The notes under the pieces: model-generated
The model's database searches: none
Told to the model about the DNA's origin: nothing
Seen by the model: the letters and a program-made list of their open reading frames with translations, nothing else
Source: Octopus sinensis
Taxonomy: Eukaryota
Assembly: GCF_006345805.1 (NCBI RefSeq)
Contig: NC_043001.1
Coordinates: forward strand, 106,082,001 to 106,146,000
Length of the DNA stretch: 64,000 bases
Direction: 5' to 3'
Made by a program: the position numbers and the translations under genes
Shown: piece after piece, positions 39,511-54,165 of the stretch
Position numbering within the stretch: the first letter of the stretch is position 1
Layout: every line of letters begins with the position of its first letter

Positions 39511-40234
39511 TGTGACAAATAAAACATGACATCTATAAGAGAAGCCAGAGGACACAAATATGGTTTCTCTGTGGGACATTAGGCGCTGAATTCGATACGC
39601 TAGATACGGTAGCGATATATTTGTCTATCTCTGTGTGTGTATATCTGTGGGTGTGGGTGTGAGTGTGTGTGCGTTTGTGTGTGTGTATGTGTGTTTGTGT
39701 GTGTGTGTGTGTGTATGTATGTGTGTGTGTGTGTGTTGAATATAATCTTTATGATTCAAATACAAAGGATGAAGAATTTTGCAACTTCCAAATGAAACAG
39801 TCAAGACCTTGCGTAGTCAAACTTTGTTTCTTTTTTTCTTTTTGGACTCTTTTCCAGGAAACTAAGTTTTGTTTTGAGTTGCTTTGAAAATTTAGGAAAC
39901 GCTCGAAGCAACAAAAATTGTGCTTCAATTTAAATCAGATATGTAACGATGTTAAAGACGTCACTTGATGCGTTCAAATTAGATGTAATTCAAATTTGAT
40001 TACTTTATGGCAACGGAATTTGTAAAGAAAAGAATCCACTGTTAGCCTGAACGAAAAAAGTGATACGGCACAACCTTACACGTTACTTTGCTTCTGTTTT
40101 AAACACAGAATTTTTTCTTTAATTGCGATGCAAATTTATTGTTATCATCTTTGGATGCAAATAAATGCTATCCGTTGATGTCTCTGGGGGCAGACCTGAG
40201 CGCAAAATGTGCAAATTAGAGCAAAGCTAAAATA

Positions 40235-40260
40235 TATTATATTATTATTATTATTATTAT

Positions 40261-40310
<50 letters not shown>

Positions 40311-40349
40311 ACTGCTGCAGCAGTAGTAGCAGTGGCAGCAGCAGCAGTG

Positions 40350-40394
<45 letters not shown>
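40235..40394. repeat. (TTA)n/(GTA)n/(GCA)n trinucleotide repeat
   Basis: direct inspection. Confidence 0.95.
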
Positions 40395-40424
40395 CGCAGA
40401 TTTGCTTGTCAGCTGCATCACCTT

Positions 40425-40772
40425 AACAGGTTGAGCATGTTCATTGGTTGTTGACCATATGTGCACACTGATTACAGCGGAAGTGGTGTTGGGACAGGGC
40501 ATCATAGCCACGTGTTGAGAGAAACTCTTTCGGGTTTGAATAATTCACCTCTGGAAACACGGGTGTTTCGTTCAACATCTTTTAACAACTCTTATGCGCT
40601 GTTTATCTTGATATGAGATCATCATATCGCGCACATATGGTTGTGATGCATCCGCCTGGTGAAGCCTTATCAGACGGGTATTCCTGATGGACATACTGGG
40701 CTTCGTATATTTGTACTCCCCTGTCTCTTTCCATGGTATGCGCTGCTCTATCACTTAATAATAATAATCATT
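40425..40772 (+). mobile_element. retroposon 3' end with (TAA)n tail
   Basis: homologous inverted copy at ~41975-42470; both end in (TAA)n. Confidence 0.55.
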
Positions 40773-41939
40773 TGTTCAGTTTTCAAAATCATGGCCAATA
40801 TAGTAATGCAGAGACGCTTTCTAAACGTTTACGAGGATTTTTTGTTGAAAGATAGACAAGACTACAATTAAAATGTTTTGAGAAAATGTGGGAAAGAATA
40901 TCATATTTCAAAAATTCATATAAGTATAAATAGAAATCAATACAAATGTCCCTCATTGCTGAGGGGCTTCCACCAGTGGGGAGAGCAGAGTATCTGAGGA
41001 TTCTTTCAGCTACTCCTTCCTCGTTACAGAACTTGATATATACAAATATGTACATAATCTATTCTGGGGACAATGAAAGTGTGTCCCTTCGGTCTGACGA
41101 TTTTTTATTTGTATTCTATCAACTTAATTATCATTTAGCTGTCTACTATACAATCAGCAAATTTCGTAATATATCTCCCTTTATAATTGCTTCTTATTTC
41201 AATCAAGATCATTTAAAAATTTTCTATAAGCGGGTACCTGATGTCTTCCGGGGTAATGTTGTCAATTTCTGTGCTTCATAAATATTTGTGGTCTGAGTCA
41301 TAATTTTCCTTACTGCATTTTCATCTTCTTCGTTTCCAATGGCAGTTTACCCTGCAGCTTTCAAATTCACCCCATGGTTACATTGCGTTAAGGTGTTAAA
41401 ACTGGGAGTTGAAACGTCACAGTTCTGGCAGTAAGAGATGGTGTACGTTGTTAGGATATCCCCAAAACTACAAACAGTGGCTGACTGGAAGTAGTAAATT
41501 TAAGAGCCTGTAATTGGATGGTTATATTATTGTACCTGTCATTATCGAATACGGATCGTATTGCCAAAGACGTAACAACCTGAATCTCTGCTATGTACTA
41601 GGGCACTATTTGAGTCAATTTTTGTTTCCACCCGAATCGTATCTGCATAAAAATAAACCAGCCACAAAAATTGGGAGGAAGCAGTGCCTCTGACGAGTAC
41701 GCTCATAAAATGCCTTTTCATATACAGTGTCAAAGAGTGTAACGAAGAAGTCTGGAACGAATGATGTGAATGGAAATGGAAGGTGGATTCACTAAAAATG
41801 TTAAGAATAAAACGAGCACACCGTTTTTAAGGTTTAACTGCAAACCAATTTAGAATTTGATATTGCAGAGATCGTAGAGTTGTTCTTAAAATGTTTTTCC
41901 TCCTTAGTGGCTCAATGTTATTTTACAGCAAACTTATTA

Positions 41940-42470
41940 TCATTATTATTACTATTATTATTATTATTATTGAGTGAGAGTGAGAGAGTAGTTTATGCCA
42001 TCAAAGTGACACTGGGGTAAAGTATACGAAGCCCAGTATACCCATCATGACTATCCGTCTGATTAGGGTACACCAGCCACATCAATCACGACCATATGTG
42101 CGCAACATGGTGATCTCATATCAAGATAAACAGCACATGACCTTCTAGGTGGGGCCCAGTTAGAATGTTCTTCTGGTCGAATAGCCCATCCCTCTCAAAA
42201 GATCCTTGAATAGGGGTTGTTTAAACATGTTGAATGAAACACACATGTTTCCAAAGGGGAATTATCTAAACCCCAAAGAATTCCTCTCAACACATGGCTA
42301 TGATGCTCTCCCACTACTTCTGCTCGTGATCAGAGATGCACATATCGTCAGCCACTAAGGGGCATTGTCAACTGGTTAAGGTCAAACAACCGACAAGCAA
42401 ATCTGTTGTATTGAGCAGAATATTTGCTGTAGCTCATCTTTTATACCAAGACAAAACAATGTATATTATA
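41940..42470 (-). mobile_element. retroposon 3' end, inverted relative to 40425
   Basis: shared ACCATATGTGCGC..GATCTCATATCAAGATAAACAG and GAAGCCCAGTAT blocks. Confidence 0.55.
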
Positions 42471-42489
42471 AAACTTATCATAAAACGTT

Positions 42490-42583
42490 TACTATTATTA
42501 TTATTGTTGCTTTTGTTGTTGCTGCTGCTGCTGCTATTGTTGTTATTGTTGTTGTTGTTGTTATTATTATTATTATTATTATG

Positions 42584-42628
<45 letters not shown>
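42490..42628. repeat. (TTA)n/(TTG)n/(CTG)n repeat
   Basis: direct inspection. Confidence 0.95.
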
Positions 42629-45600
42629 TCATGTTTACGTCAAATAAATTATAATCAATCATTTCAAAGTCTTTCAGGACATATTCCTGCTAATTCCCAA
42701 ATCGTACATAAAACACAACATTAGTGGTGTCTACCACGAGAGGAAAATTGATGTCATTAGTACATTTTAGCGTTATAAAACATTAATTTGTATATTAATA
42801 TAAAGTTTAACTCATAACTCTATATAAAAACACATTTTATACATAAATATATATCACATTTTAAAGTAAAATTATCAACAAAAGACTTTCATAATAGTAT
42901 CTTCGAATCAGAGCCAACACAATAGAAATAATATATATTGCTCTGTTACTTACAAATTAATGCGAGGAAAATAATGAAAGAAATATCACATAGTTTTCAG
43001 TAATTGACAAATGTAATTTGTTTTCCGAGTGAACAAACGAACAATAGTTTTAGATGTTTATCATCTCAGCTTTAATAATTATGAGTTACTTCAATAATAT
43101 ACTGTGTGATTAAAAACATTTATACACTGGCAATATAAAAGAAACGTAATTTTGTGTTATTTTGTTACATTTAGAAACACTTGGGAAAGAAAATTAATTT
43201 ATACAGATGCCATATGTTGGTACAATAGTTATTGCTGGAACGCGTAGTAAAATATTAATACCCTAAAATAGTAGTTTTCTTCGAAAATATTCTTCCTGAT
43301 CAAAAATGCATAAGGCAGATGTTGAGATTTTTAATGTTTGTTTTTCAAGATGTGTTGTTCATAAAATTTAAGAGTAGTAACATCGTCTCCAGTCAACAGT
43401 CCATAATTTATCGACTTCAAAGTCAAAACTCTTTGGAAAACTAATTAGAAAAAACTTCATTGTAGAAAATCTTTATACTCTTAACAAAGACAGATTTATT
43501 CAAGCAAACTCTTTCCTATATTATTATTGAAAGCAGTGTACTACCATTCAAAAGATATAGGAACCTGCTGATCCAAATTTGCTAATTATGGATTGAACTT
43601 TGCTCATTTTTCTCCCATCTTCTGGGCTCTCCTTCGGAAAGCAAAGCATAGAATTTCTCTATTGTTTAAAAATAAATGGCCCGTATTGGCGGCTTTTGGA
43701 ATATATTTCCTGTGAATAGTCATTGTTTTGATTGTGAATTATCTTATAATGTCTAATCATTGGAAATCTAATTGCCAACACGTAAATTAGGAAATCGACC
43801 GATATACCTATTACAGGATGAGTACAAGAAATTTGATGAGTGCTGGAGCATTTGTAATTATTTACTAGAAGCGAAACGTCTTATGAACTTAGAAATCCTT
43901 ATACTAAAATCCCTGTTACAGAAGTATACTAACAATTCACAAAAGAGAAAACATTTTCTCTTATTATAAAAGGATTTCCCCCACCTAGCACACACGTCTG
44001 ACCTTTCTTTTCTTTTCGTTTTTGTATTTTTCAGTCCTGCATATTTACATATTTTATCTCAAACAAGAAATCATGCAGAGTATTCACATTCCAATTCTAC
44101 AGTAGACACGTAACGTCTCTATTTTCCTGAATTTTTCACATGAATATTGTGAAAACCGAGAAATGACTGCGAAAATAGTTACAGACAAAAGAGTTACGAA
44201 TGAGTCCCTGTCCATATGTAGGGATGGTAAGAATTCAATAGTTAATCATTTTAAAGATGTAGCTGTGAGGGATAATCGATAGGTTATATTTAAGAACTGG
44301 ACGTAAGAAGATAAAAATCAACAATGCTCGAATTATTTGTACAGACAACTAAAAGAAATAATCTTACATTCGTGTTTGGATTTCAGTTGAATTGATATTA
44401 AAATACAACATACACACACACACACACGCACATATATACATATAGGTGTATATATATATATAAATATATATATACATATATACACCTATATCAATGTAAG
44501 ATCCAGGGAAGTAAGAAGTAGGACTAATGACCCAATATTTCAGAAAAAATGTTGAGCAACTTATTGTCCTCAAGGAACTTGATCAGGCTTATTTCCAAAC
44601 TTACAATATCTCAGATACAAAAGCTAGAACTTGAACATAAGCGCTTCGACGACGAAATGCTAATCAGCGTTACGAGTAAATATTTCCACAACAAATAAAG
44701 TGTATGACTACATCAGTAGAGAGCATGTTTTGAATGTTTTCGAACTTTAGGTTTGTAATTATTGTTTGCTCATTTGTTGCATCTGCTCCTCTACATAAGC
44801 GCAGTTGCTATTTCTAAGTTAATATTGCATACCAAAGAAGTATTGTGAGATTTTAGTGGAAACATGTTCACCAAGTTGGTGCGCATAGAAAATCAGGTTA
44901 TTTTGTACCCGCGCAATGCTAATTTAGAAGTGGCACAATAGAATATAGAGTAAACCCTGTACACTAATGCTAAAGATTAAATCCGAGCATTGACACTTCA
45001 GATTTGTTTGTACATTTTGTGAGTTTGTGTATGTGTTAGTGAATGTGTGTGTGAGTGCAATGTAAAAGATAATTGACAATGCAACGTATTATACTTATAT
45101 TGATATGGCATCCCTGATAAAAAGCAGAATATTTTGTAGAAAGGATTTATTCATACAAAAAGAAAAGATGTAGCCTGAGAAATGCTGTTCTGTGGAGCAT
45201 TTTCTAATTTGCCAGAAAACTATCGGTAAATGTTTATGTTCGGAATGCATTATTAGGGAATTTACTTTCGCAAGCGATCGCTTAATTGATAATCCTGCCA
45301 TCACTAATACGATCCATTAACTGAAGCGATCAGATTATATTAACGCCTACAATGATAATCACACTCGCTGGAAAATGTACATAAATATACTTTTATAATA
45401 ACATGCTTGCAATAAATATGTACGGCAGGACAAGTACGAAGAATAGAGTATCTCATAAAATATGGAAATGTGATTGATAGATTCGCAAAAAATAATTGGA
45501 TTGACCAAGAAGACAACAGTATCAACACGAACAATCTCTCAAATATTCCAGTAAAGTATTTTAGAAACTTATCAGGCAATGATATTTATATGCTCGTATA

Positions 45601-45696
45601 TTAAAATTGGATAAATATGTACGTTTCTGCAATTGTATAACAATACGTACACACACATACACTTATACACACATATGTATATGTATATATATATAT

Positions 45697-45748
<52 letters not shown>

Positions 45749-46029
45749 CGTGAACATAAGTATATATGAATATATATAAGAATAAATATACACATATGCA
45801 TACACATAGACACATATGCATGCATATACATATATGTATATATGGATAGCTTGATATACATACGTACATGGGTGTGTGTGTGTGTTATGTGTGTGTGTAT
45901 GTATGTGTGTGTGTGTGTGTGTATGTGTGTGCATCTGTGTCTTCATGAAGTCTGCCTACACATTCCAGTTCTCTAAAGTATATTAGTTGGTGAGAAATTT
46001 TACAATTTTCTGGTCAACGTACTGAAGTG

Positions 46030-46855
46030 CAAGATGACTGAACTAAAGCCATAATTGAATATGATTGTCATTAAACTGTGCGATAGATTGCAGAGAGGGT
46101 AAATGTATCACACACAATTGAAAATCACTTAAAATATCTTGGACTTTTTAAGAGGCTCGATATTTGGGTTTCACATAAATTTAAAGAGACTCTCTTAACA
46201 CAACGAATCAATACTTACGTTATGCATCTCAAACGCAATGATATCGACCTTTTTTTTTAAGTGAATCATCAGTGGTGATGAAACATGAATTGTCTACAAT
46301 AACAGCAGTCGAAAACGATCATGGTTCAAGCCTAACAAACCAGCACAAACCACTTCTGGTTTGCATAAAAAGCTGAATTGTATAAAAAGGAGTCATGCTG
46401 TCAATTTAGAAGGATTACAAAGGTGTTGTGTATTTTGAGCTGCTTCCAAGGAACCAAAGAATCGATTTAGATGTTTACTGTCGTGAAAGAATCGTGTTCC
46501 ACCATGACAACCCTATATCACACTCGTCATTATTAACTCGAAAGAAAAACATTGGAGCTTGGTTGGGAAGTGATATCACATCCACCATATAACCCTGACC
46601 TTGCAACATCAGATTACCATTTATTTCGAGGTTGGCAAAATTTTTTTACCGGTGAAACTTACAAGAATGATGATGACCTGTAAATCACACTTCCTTCAGT
46701 TTTTGGCTGATAATCACCAGAAGCACTATGAGCGTACAATCATAAACTTTCAAAAAAGATGGCATCAGGTCGTCGAACAAAATAGAAATTATATAAATGT
46801 TTAACGTTCATAATTCGCATGTAAAAAAAATGACTTTTATTTCACACTAACAAAA
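46030..46855 (+). pseudogene. mariner transposase remnant (catalytic domain)
   Basis: LDIWVSH, ISGDET, VFHHDN, SHPPYNPDLATSDYHLFR with stops and frameshifts. Confidence 0.9.
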
Positions 46856-46856
46856 A

Positions 46857-47683
46857 CTGCGGCCATGTTGGAGCACCATTCTTAGTCGAACAAGTCGAGC
46901 TGAGGCCTTATTCTTTACAAGCCTAGTACTTATGCTATGGGTCTCTTTTACCGAACCGCTAAGTTACGGGGACGTAAACACACCAATATCGGATGAGAAG
47001 CGATGCTAGGGGACAAACAAACACAAAAACATATATACTTATACATATTTATATATGCATATTTATATATTCATATATATACACATATATAGGTGCAGGA
47101 GTGGCTGTATGGTAAGTAGCTTGTTTACCAACCACATGGTTCCGGGTTCAGTCCCACTGCGTGGCATCTTGGGCAAGTGTCTTCTACTATAGCCTCGGGC
47201 CGACCAAAGCCTTGTGAGTGGATTTGGTAGACGGAAACTGAAAGAAGGCCGTCGTGTATATGTATATATATATATATATATATAGCGCGTGTGTGTTTGT
47301 GTGTCTGTGTTTGTCCCCCTAGCATTGCTTGACAACCGATGCTGGTGTGTTTATGTCCCCGTTTCGTAGCAGTTCGGAAAAAGAGACCGATAGAATAAGT
47401 ACTGGGCTTACAAAAGAAAAAGTCCCGGGGTCGAGCTGCTCGATTAAAGGCGGTGCTCCAGCATGGCCGCAGTCAAATGACTGAAACAAGTAAAAGAGTA
47501 AATATATATATATATATATTTACGTCGGGCTTCGAACAGTTTCCGTCTACTAAATCCACTCACAAAGCATTAGTTGGCACATGACTATAGTAGAAGACAC
47601 TAGCCCAAGGTGATATGCAACGGGACTGAACTCGGAACAATGTTGTTGGAAGCAAGATTCTTACCAGAGATCCACGCCTTCGC
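46857..47683 (-). mobile_element. SINE family 1 (minus), split by a nested plus-strand copy
   Basis: 3' half 46857-47030, 5' half 47519-47683. Confidence 0.7.
47092..47500 (+). mobile_element. SINE family 1, full length, nested
   Basis: complete head to tail. Confidence 0.9.
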
Positions 47684-47689
47684 CATGAT

Positions 47690-47872
47690 TGATCGCTAGC
47701 CACTACACATTTTAATTTTGTCTCCTTGTTTCTTTTTGTGTTCCTTTCTGTGGAAGAGTGTAGGCTCGAAACGTTAAAGACTTTTTCACTTCACGAGCGT
47801 TATACTAGTACATCTGTTTGTTTTGTACACCACCTGTCTTCGTCCATTTTGTTTATTTTGGGGAATTCTCCC
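47690..47872 (+). mobile_element. PLE-type terminal repeat fragment with HHR-like motif at 47744-47779
   Basis: cttt-CTGTGGA-a-GAGT gtag GCTC-GAAA-cg-TT-aaag; homologue of 118-292. Confidence 0.5.
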
Positions 47873-47903
<31 letters not shown>

Positions 47904-49009
47904 TATATATATACACACACGCACGTACACATACATACATACACACACACATACATACACCCATACACATACATGCATCCTACACACACATACATACACA
48001 CTCACATACATACACACACACACACTCACTCACACACCTGTATGTACGCGCACACACGTGCACATACACACACTTCCACACACCCACACGTACATGCATA
48101 CACACTCATACACATACACACACACACACACACGGACATCTATGCACACACATATATACACACATACACTCACCTACATTCATCGACACCTGACACCCAG
48201 ACATACACACAGACCACTCACACATCCACACACATACATACTTACGCTCACACCTCGCAGGCGCGCGCACACGCGCGCTTGCGCCGGTTCACGTACGCAT
48301 ACCGCATGCATGCACCTCGCTCGTGGACCCGACGAGACCTCCCGCTCATTCCTGGGGCCGTCGCTTGTCCTTAGGTCTCCCACGCCCGTCTCCGCGGGAC
48401 CACTCTTCCATCTTCCCCTCAGCTGGAGTCCTTTTTCCTTATAACCCCCCCTTTTTTGTTACACAGCGCAGCACACATACATACACCCACTCACACACAC
48501 ACACATTGCTTAAATATATACATTACTCTTACACACCCTTCAAATCTACTCGCCATTAATACAACCACGACACTGGACACACACACACACTACTACTCAA
48601 CACACGCTGGCACGTTACATACGCCCCCACCCCCTTCCCCTCCCTCCCTTCCTCCTTCCTTCATTTTCTTACTAGTGACCACTGTCTGCTGCCTACTACT
48701 GTTCGCCCTACCTCACAAGCCTACACACAGACGCACACACTAGCATATACATGTACTTTTTGTTTTTTATCTCGCCTCACAGACACATACACACACGCAC
48801 ACGCACACACTCACACATACACACACATCTGTTGCGTTACCAACCCTGTCTCCACTCTTTTGGCTTTAAAAACCTACTTTGCTCTTGTTATCGTAAACTT
48901 CCCCTTTTTCACACCCATGTGTACTTCGTAAACACCAGTCGTTTTTTTCTCCATCTCTTGTTGCCCACTTTGGGATCTTCTTTCTTTCCTCTCTCTTCCT
49001 TCTTTATGT

Positions 49010-49042
49010 TTTCCGACGAGAGCTCCGCTCGAAACGTCATAC
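49010..49042 (+). ncRNA. minimal hammerhead-like motif
   Basis: CCGACGA-GAGC tcc GCTC-GAAA-cg-TC; stem I poor in this copy. Confidence 0.5.
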
Positions 49043-49369
49043 CTTCCTGCTTCCATATTTCCTGAGCGCCTATTAATAATAATACTGTAATTGTTCCACG
49101 TGTTGTTGTGTTTTTTTGTTTTCCCGTTTGGATTAAAATTATATATATATATATATATATAATTTACAAGATGAGGGCAAAAGAAAAATTCTAATGCCAA
49201 ATATGCCGAAACAAAAATTGTCAATAACCATTATAATTTATGTGTCTCGAAACAAACCGATAGAAATTTCTATATATATATATAACATAGATGCTCATCT
49301 ATGTTCTTGTCTGTATGCTTATATAAGGGAGCGTGACTGTGCATGTATACATACAGACACATGCACATA

Positions 49370-49406
49370 TATAAACATATATATATATATATATATATGT
49401 ATTATT

Positions 49407-49452
<46 letters not shown>

Positions 49453-49507
49453 ATTATATATATATATATATGTAATATATATAAATATATTATATATGTA
49501 TATATAT

Positions 49508-49538
<31 letters not shown>

Positions 49539-49607
49539 GTATATAATATATATATATAATAAATATATAAATATATATATATATATGTAATATATATATA
49601 TATATAA

Positions 49608-49679
<72 letters not shown>

Positions 49680-49688
49680 ATAATATAT

Positions 49689-49735
<47 letters not shown>
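49370..49735. repeat. degenerate (TA)n tract
   Basis: direct inspection. Confidence 0.95.
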
Positions 49736-49740
<5 letters not shown>

Positions 49741-51052
49741 CATACAGACACATATATAAATTATACATGTATGTGTGTGCGCGTGTGTGTGCATGTATGT
49801 ATATAGGTATTTATGTATTTAATAATCGTATGGTATACACCAGGTAATTTGTCGGTAAAATGCGATCAGTAGCTTAGTGTTCGTTGGTGATGTAATTAAT
49901 GAAAGATACGGAAGTTGGAAGATAAAAGAATCTATCTGGATCACTACAATCATTTCGACCCTTCTAGCATGTATATATGTATTTTTTTCTCGCTATTTTA
50001 TATTAGATCTGTGTGTATGGAGATGCAAATATTTTTATTTGAATGTGTATATGTATATTTGTATATTTGCACGTTTCGATTTCCTGTGAATGTATATATG
50101 CGCACAAACATCAATGGATGCATCCTATTCGTTTATCTGGGCCTTCCCTTTCATTACTTCAACGTATTCTTTATGGAACTATATTCCCAGTAGTGTGAAA
50201 TAATACACCATCGAACTACAACAATAAATGTCATACTTTCATTCCATCTTTATCTCTCCTTTTTGCAGCCATTTTCTTTTATCTAGAGAACGTAATTTCC
50301 ACTGAGAGTGGATATATAAGCAAATAATATTTCGTTTTATTAAAGTGTATGCATCACACTTATGGAACGTCCACAAACTAGAGTGTCTCTGATCGGTTTT
50401 ACAAATTGCTCTCTCAATCAATATGCGAGCTGGTGGCCCTTAATAATGTTCTGCATGTGACAAAACGAATTCAAGAGACAATCCTTTAATACAAAAAATA
50501 TATACAGTTTCAACAACACCGAGGGCTTCATATACATGAATATAGATATGATTAGATGTGAAATTATCCATGTGCATGTACGTGCACGCGTGTGTGTGTG
50601 TTTGCTTATATGTTGTTGTAATGAAAAGAATTTTTCATTAATCTGATGGGTTACTCTATGTTTTTGCAGGTACAAATGAATTATTCTTAAACAAATCACA
50701 GTCAACAACATTCAATTTCAGCAATATGTATTATATATATATATATATATATGAGTGCCGCTGAATATCAGCTATGCGATGATACTTGCAAATTTATTAC
50801 TCGAAATACTACACTGAGGACAAAAATAGGTGAATATAATTTACTGTAATTTCGAAATGCGTCTGTGGTTAATCGAAGTCATGTGGATTCATCATTTTTT
50901 TTGCCTACATAAAAAAATGGTGTTACTGTCTCGGAGATATTTATGGTAGTTCAAATGACGTTAGCGTGTATTTCTTATTCGGTACGTGGCGAAGCAATTA
51001 CCTGCCCCCCGATTATAATTATGTATATAAATATAGAATATTTAATTTATAT

Positions 51053-51092
<40 letters not shown>

Positions 51093-51934
51093 AACACACA
51101 AACACACATAATATAGATACATACATATATATATATATATAGTGTTGGCCAAAAGTCATCTGACAATAAACCAAATCCATTTGACTCCAAGATTTATTTA
51201 TGTTTAATATATCAATGAATTTAATAAAAGCATCTGAATATGAAACATCATGAACATTTTTCAAACTGATGTCCTTGTGCAACACATTTTTCCATCCGAG
51301 TCTATAGAGAATTACAGATAGCATTTATAGAATTTTTAGTTACAGTTGGGTGATTTTGGCGAACACGGTACAATATGTGTGTGTGTGTGTATAATTTAGG
51401 ATATTATAACACTTATATATGCATATATAAATATACAAATATTCATAAATCAATATGTATGTGTGTGTACACACATGTATGTATACATATGTGTGTACAC
51501 ATATGCACACATATACGTGTGTAAAAGGTTAAACTGGGATTCGTCCTTTAATTTCTTTTCTGTACTAATGAGTACTGTGATAATTGCGAATTCAAAATTG
51601 AACTTATACCTATGTAAGAAACGATTGTATGCATGAATAAACTACATACACATTTTTAACATCTTATCTCATACATTTTGACAAATATGATTGGATTTGT
51701 AGAACTTCATTCCATATATTAATCATACACATTATATATCAGCGAGAAGTTGGGGTTATAAGATATAATGGTGTCATTGAGACCCAAAGGTGTTAGGTAA
51801 TGCTGAATAAGTGCTATAGACAGACCATAGTTAAGTTCCAGATTCGGTAATATTGCGAATAAAGTGTTCAACGTTGGTTCTATATCAGCGTATTACATCG
51901 AAACTAACTATGACTTAACTTTTCCTCTCACACC

Positions 51935-51989
51935 GTCTCCGATGAACGGATATTATGATTAATTAATTTTCTAGAAGCAGCTGTAAGAC
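51935..51989 (+). ncRNA. decayed hammerhead motif
   Basis: gtct-CCGATGA..GAAG-cagctg-TA-agac; A15.1 mutated, stem II eroded. Confidence 0.45.
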
Positions 51990-52062
51990 CTTTTATTTAT
52001 AAATGCTCTAAATCTATACAGCCTTGCGTTTTATCTCATTACGCAAAAAAATCTACACTTTA

Positions 52063-52668
<606 letters not shown>

Positions 52669-53774
52669 CGAGTGACCGCCAGACATGTAAATAGGTAGAG
52701 AAGTAGACAAAGTGAAAATGAAAAACACAGTAAACAGAAATGCCTGGTATTGTTTGAAAACTCAATAGTAAAGTGTTCGCTAACTTATTTGTCGTAAGTG
52801 CACGAATCTTGACTAAGTGAAATGAAACATGGAATGCATTACAGTGTATGTGTGTGAAATCTTTAATACTACGTAGAAACTCCTGACCTATTTCGATTTT
52901 TGTAGAATTTTCGTTAGATCACGTGAGTTGCATGTTGTTTCTTTTTTTTTCAATATATGAATTAGTGACATCAAAGAAGAAAAAAATTATGTTAAAAAAA
53001 CGTGCAGTCTAAAATTAATGTCGACGTGTGACATACACGAAGCCATTTATTTCAGTAACAGAAGACATTCAGGATAAATCTTTGGAAAGTGAATTGAGGC
53101 CATTCATAACATTTTGTTCAAGAAAGCACATTCACATGACTGCTGTTTTGTAATTACCGTATGAAAATCAGCGTTTTCGAATGTTGTGCATCAATTATCA
53201 CCATTTGTTGTTGATTACTCACAAACCTAGAAACTAATTAATATAATCACCAGAGAGTAAAAATGATCACCTTTTCGACACTTCCAGGCAGAGTTACGAT
53301 GTTGCTGATGTAGCAGACCGCGTGGGGTTATTTTGAAGGTGACTCCGAAGAAGGGCACATTCTCAATAGCTAAGAACTGTATAAAGAAACTTTTCGTTTA
53401 TTACGAACTATAATACAAAAGAAATGTTAAGCGCGAAGAACAAACTTCAAGAGACAACTTTCCTGTGTGAGAGTGTGCGTTTGTGTGTGTGTGTGCGTGT
53501 GCATGTGTGTGTGTGTGTGTGTGTGTGTGTTTAATATTAGTATAAATGCCGCAACTTGTTTTACATTCCAAAGCACATGACTTCGCCTCTTTAAAAAGCA
53601 ACTGACAAACGGTCTTGATATCAGCTTGAAAATTGGTAAGATAAAGTTTCGCAAAGAAAACATTGGGTAACCATATTTAACAAGAATTATGGTCGTTATT
53701 ATAATACTGTCTTTACTCACTTATTTGATCCTGTTCTTTACTACTCGTTGAAGCCTGGTGATATATCTATATGT

Positions 53775-54020
53775 ATATGTATATTCATTTGTTTACTACC
53801 CACAAGGGGCTAAACATAGAGGGGACGAACAAGGACAGACAAAGGAATTAAGTCGATTACATCGACCCCCAGTGCAAAACTGGTACTTTATTTATCGACC
53901 CCGAAAGGATGAAAGGCAAAGTCGACCTCGGCGGAATTTGAACTCAGAACGTAACGACAGACGAAATACCGCTAAGCATTTCGCCAAACGCGCTAGCGTT
54001 TCTGCCAGTACGCCCGCCCG
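53775..54020 (-). mobile_element. SINE family 2
   Basis: reverse complement of the 7788 copy; further fragment near 54165-54215. Confidence 0.8.
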
Positions 54021-54106
54021 CCACTGTATATGTATATGTATATGTATATATATATACTGCGTGCGTGTATATTGCCTAAAATGTCAACATGACTATCCCA
54101 AATACA

Positions 54107-54165
<59 letters not shown>

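Noticed and set aside
43830-43885. TTGATGA..GAAACGTC
   Set aside because: C3 absent, and neither stem I nor stem II pairs; probably chance
48240-48480. GC-rich island inside CA-rich sequence
   Set aside because: Embedded in a scrambled (CA)n region that looks like low-quality long-read sequence; no coherent ORF or RNA motif
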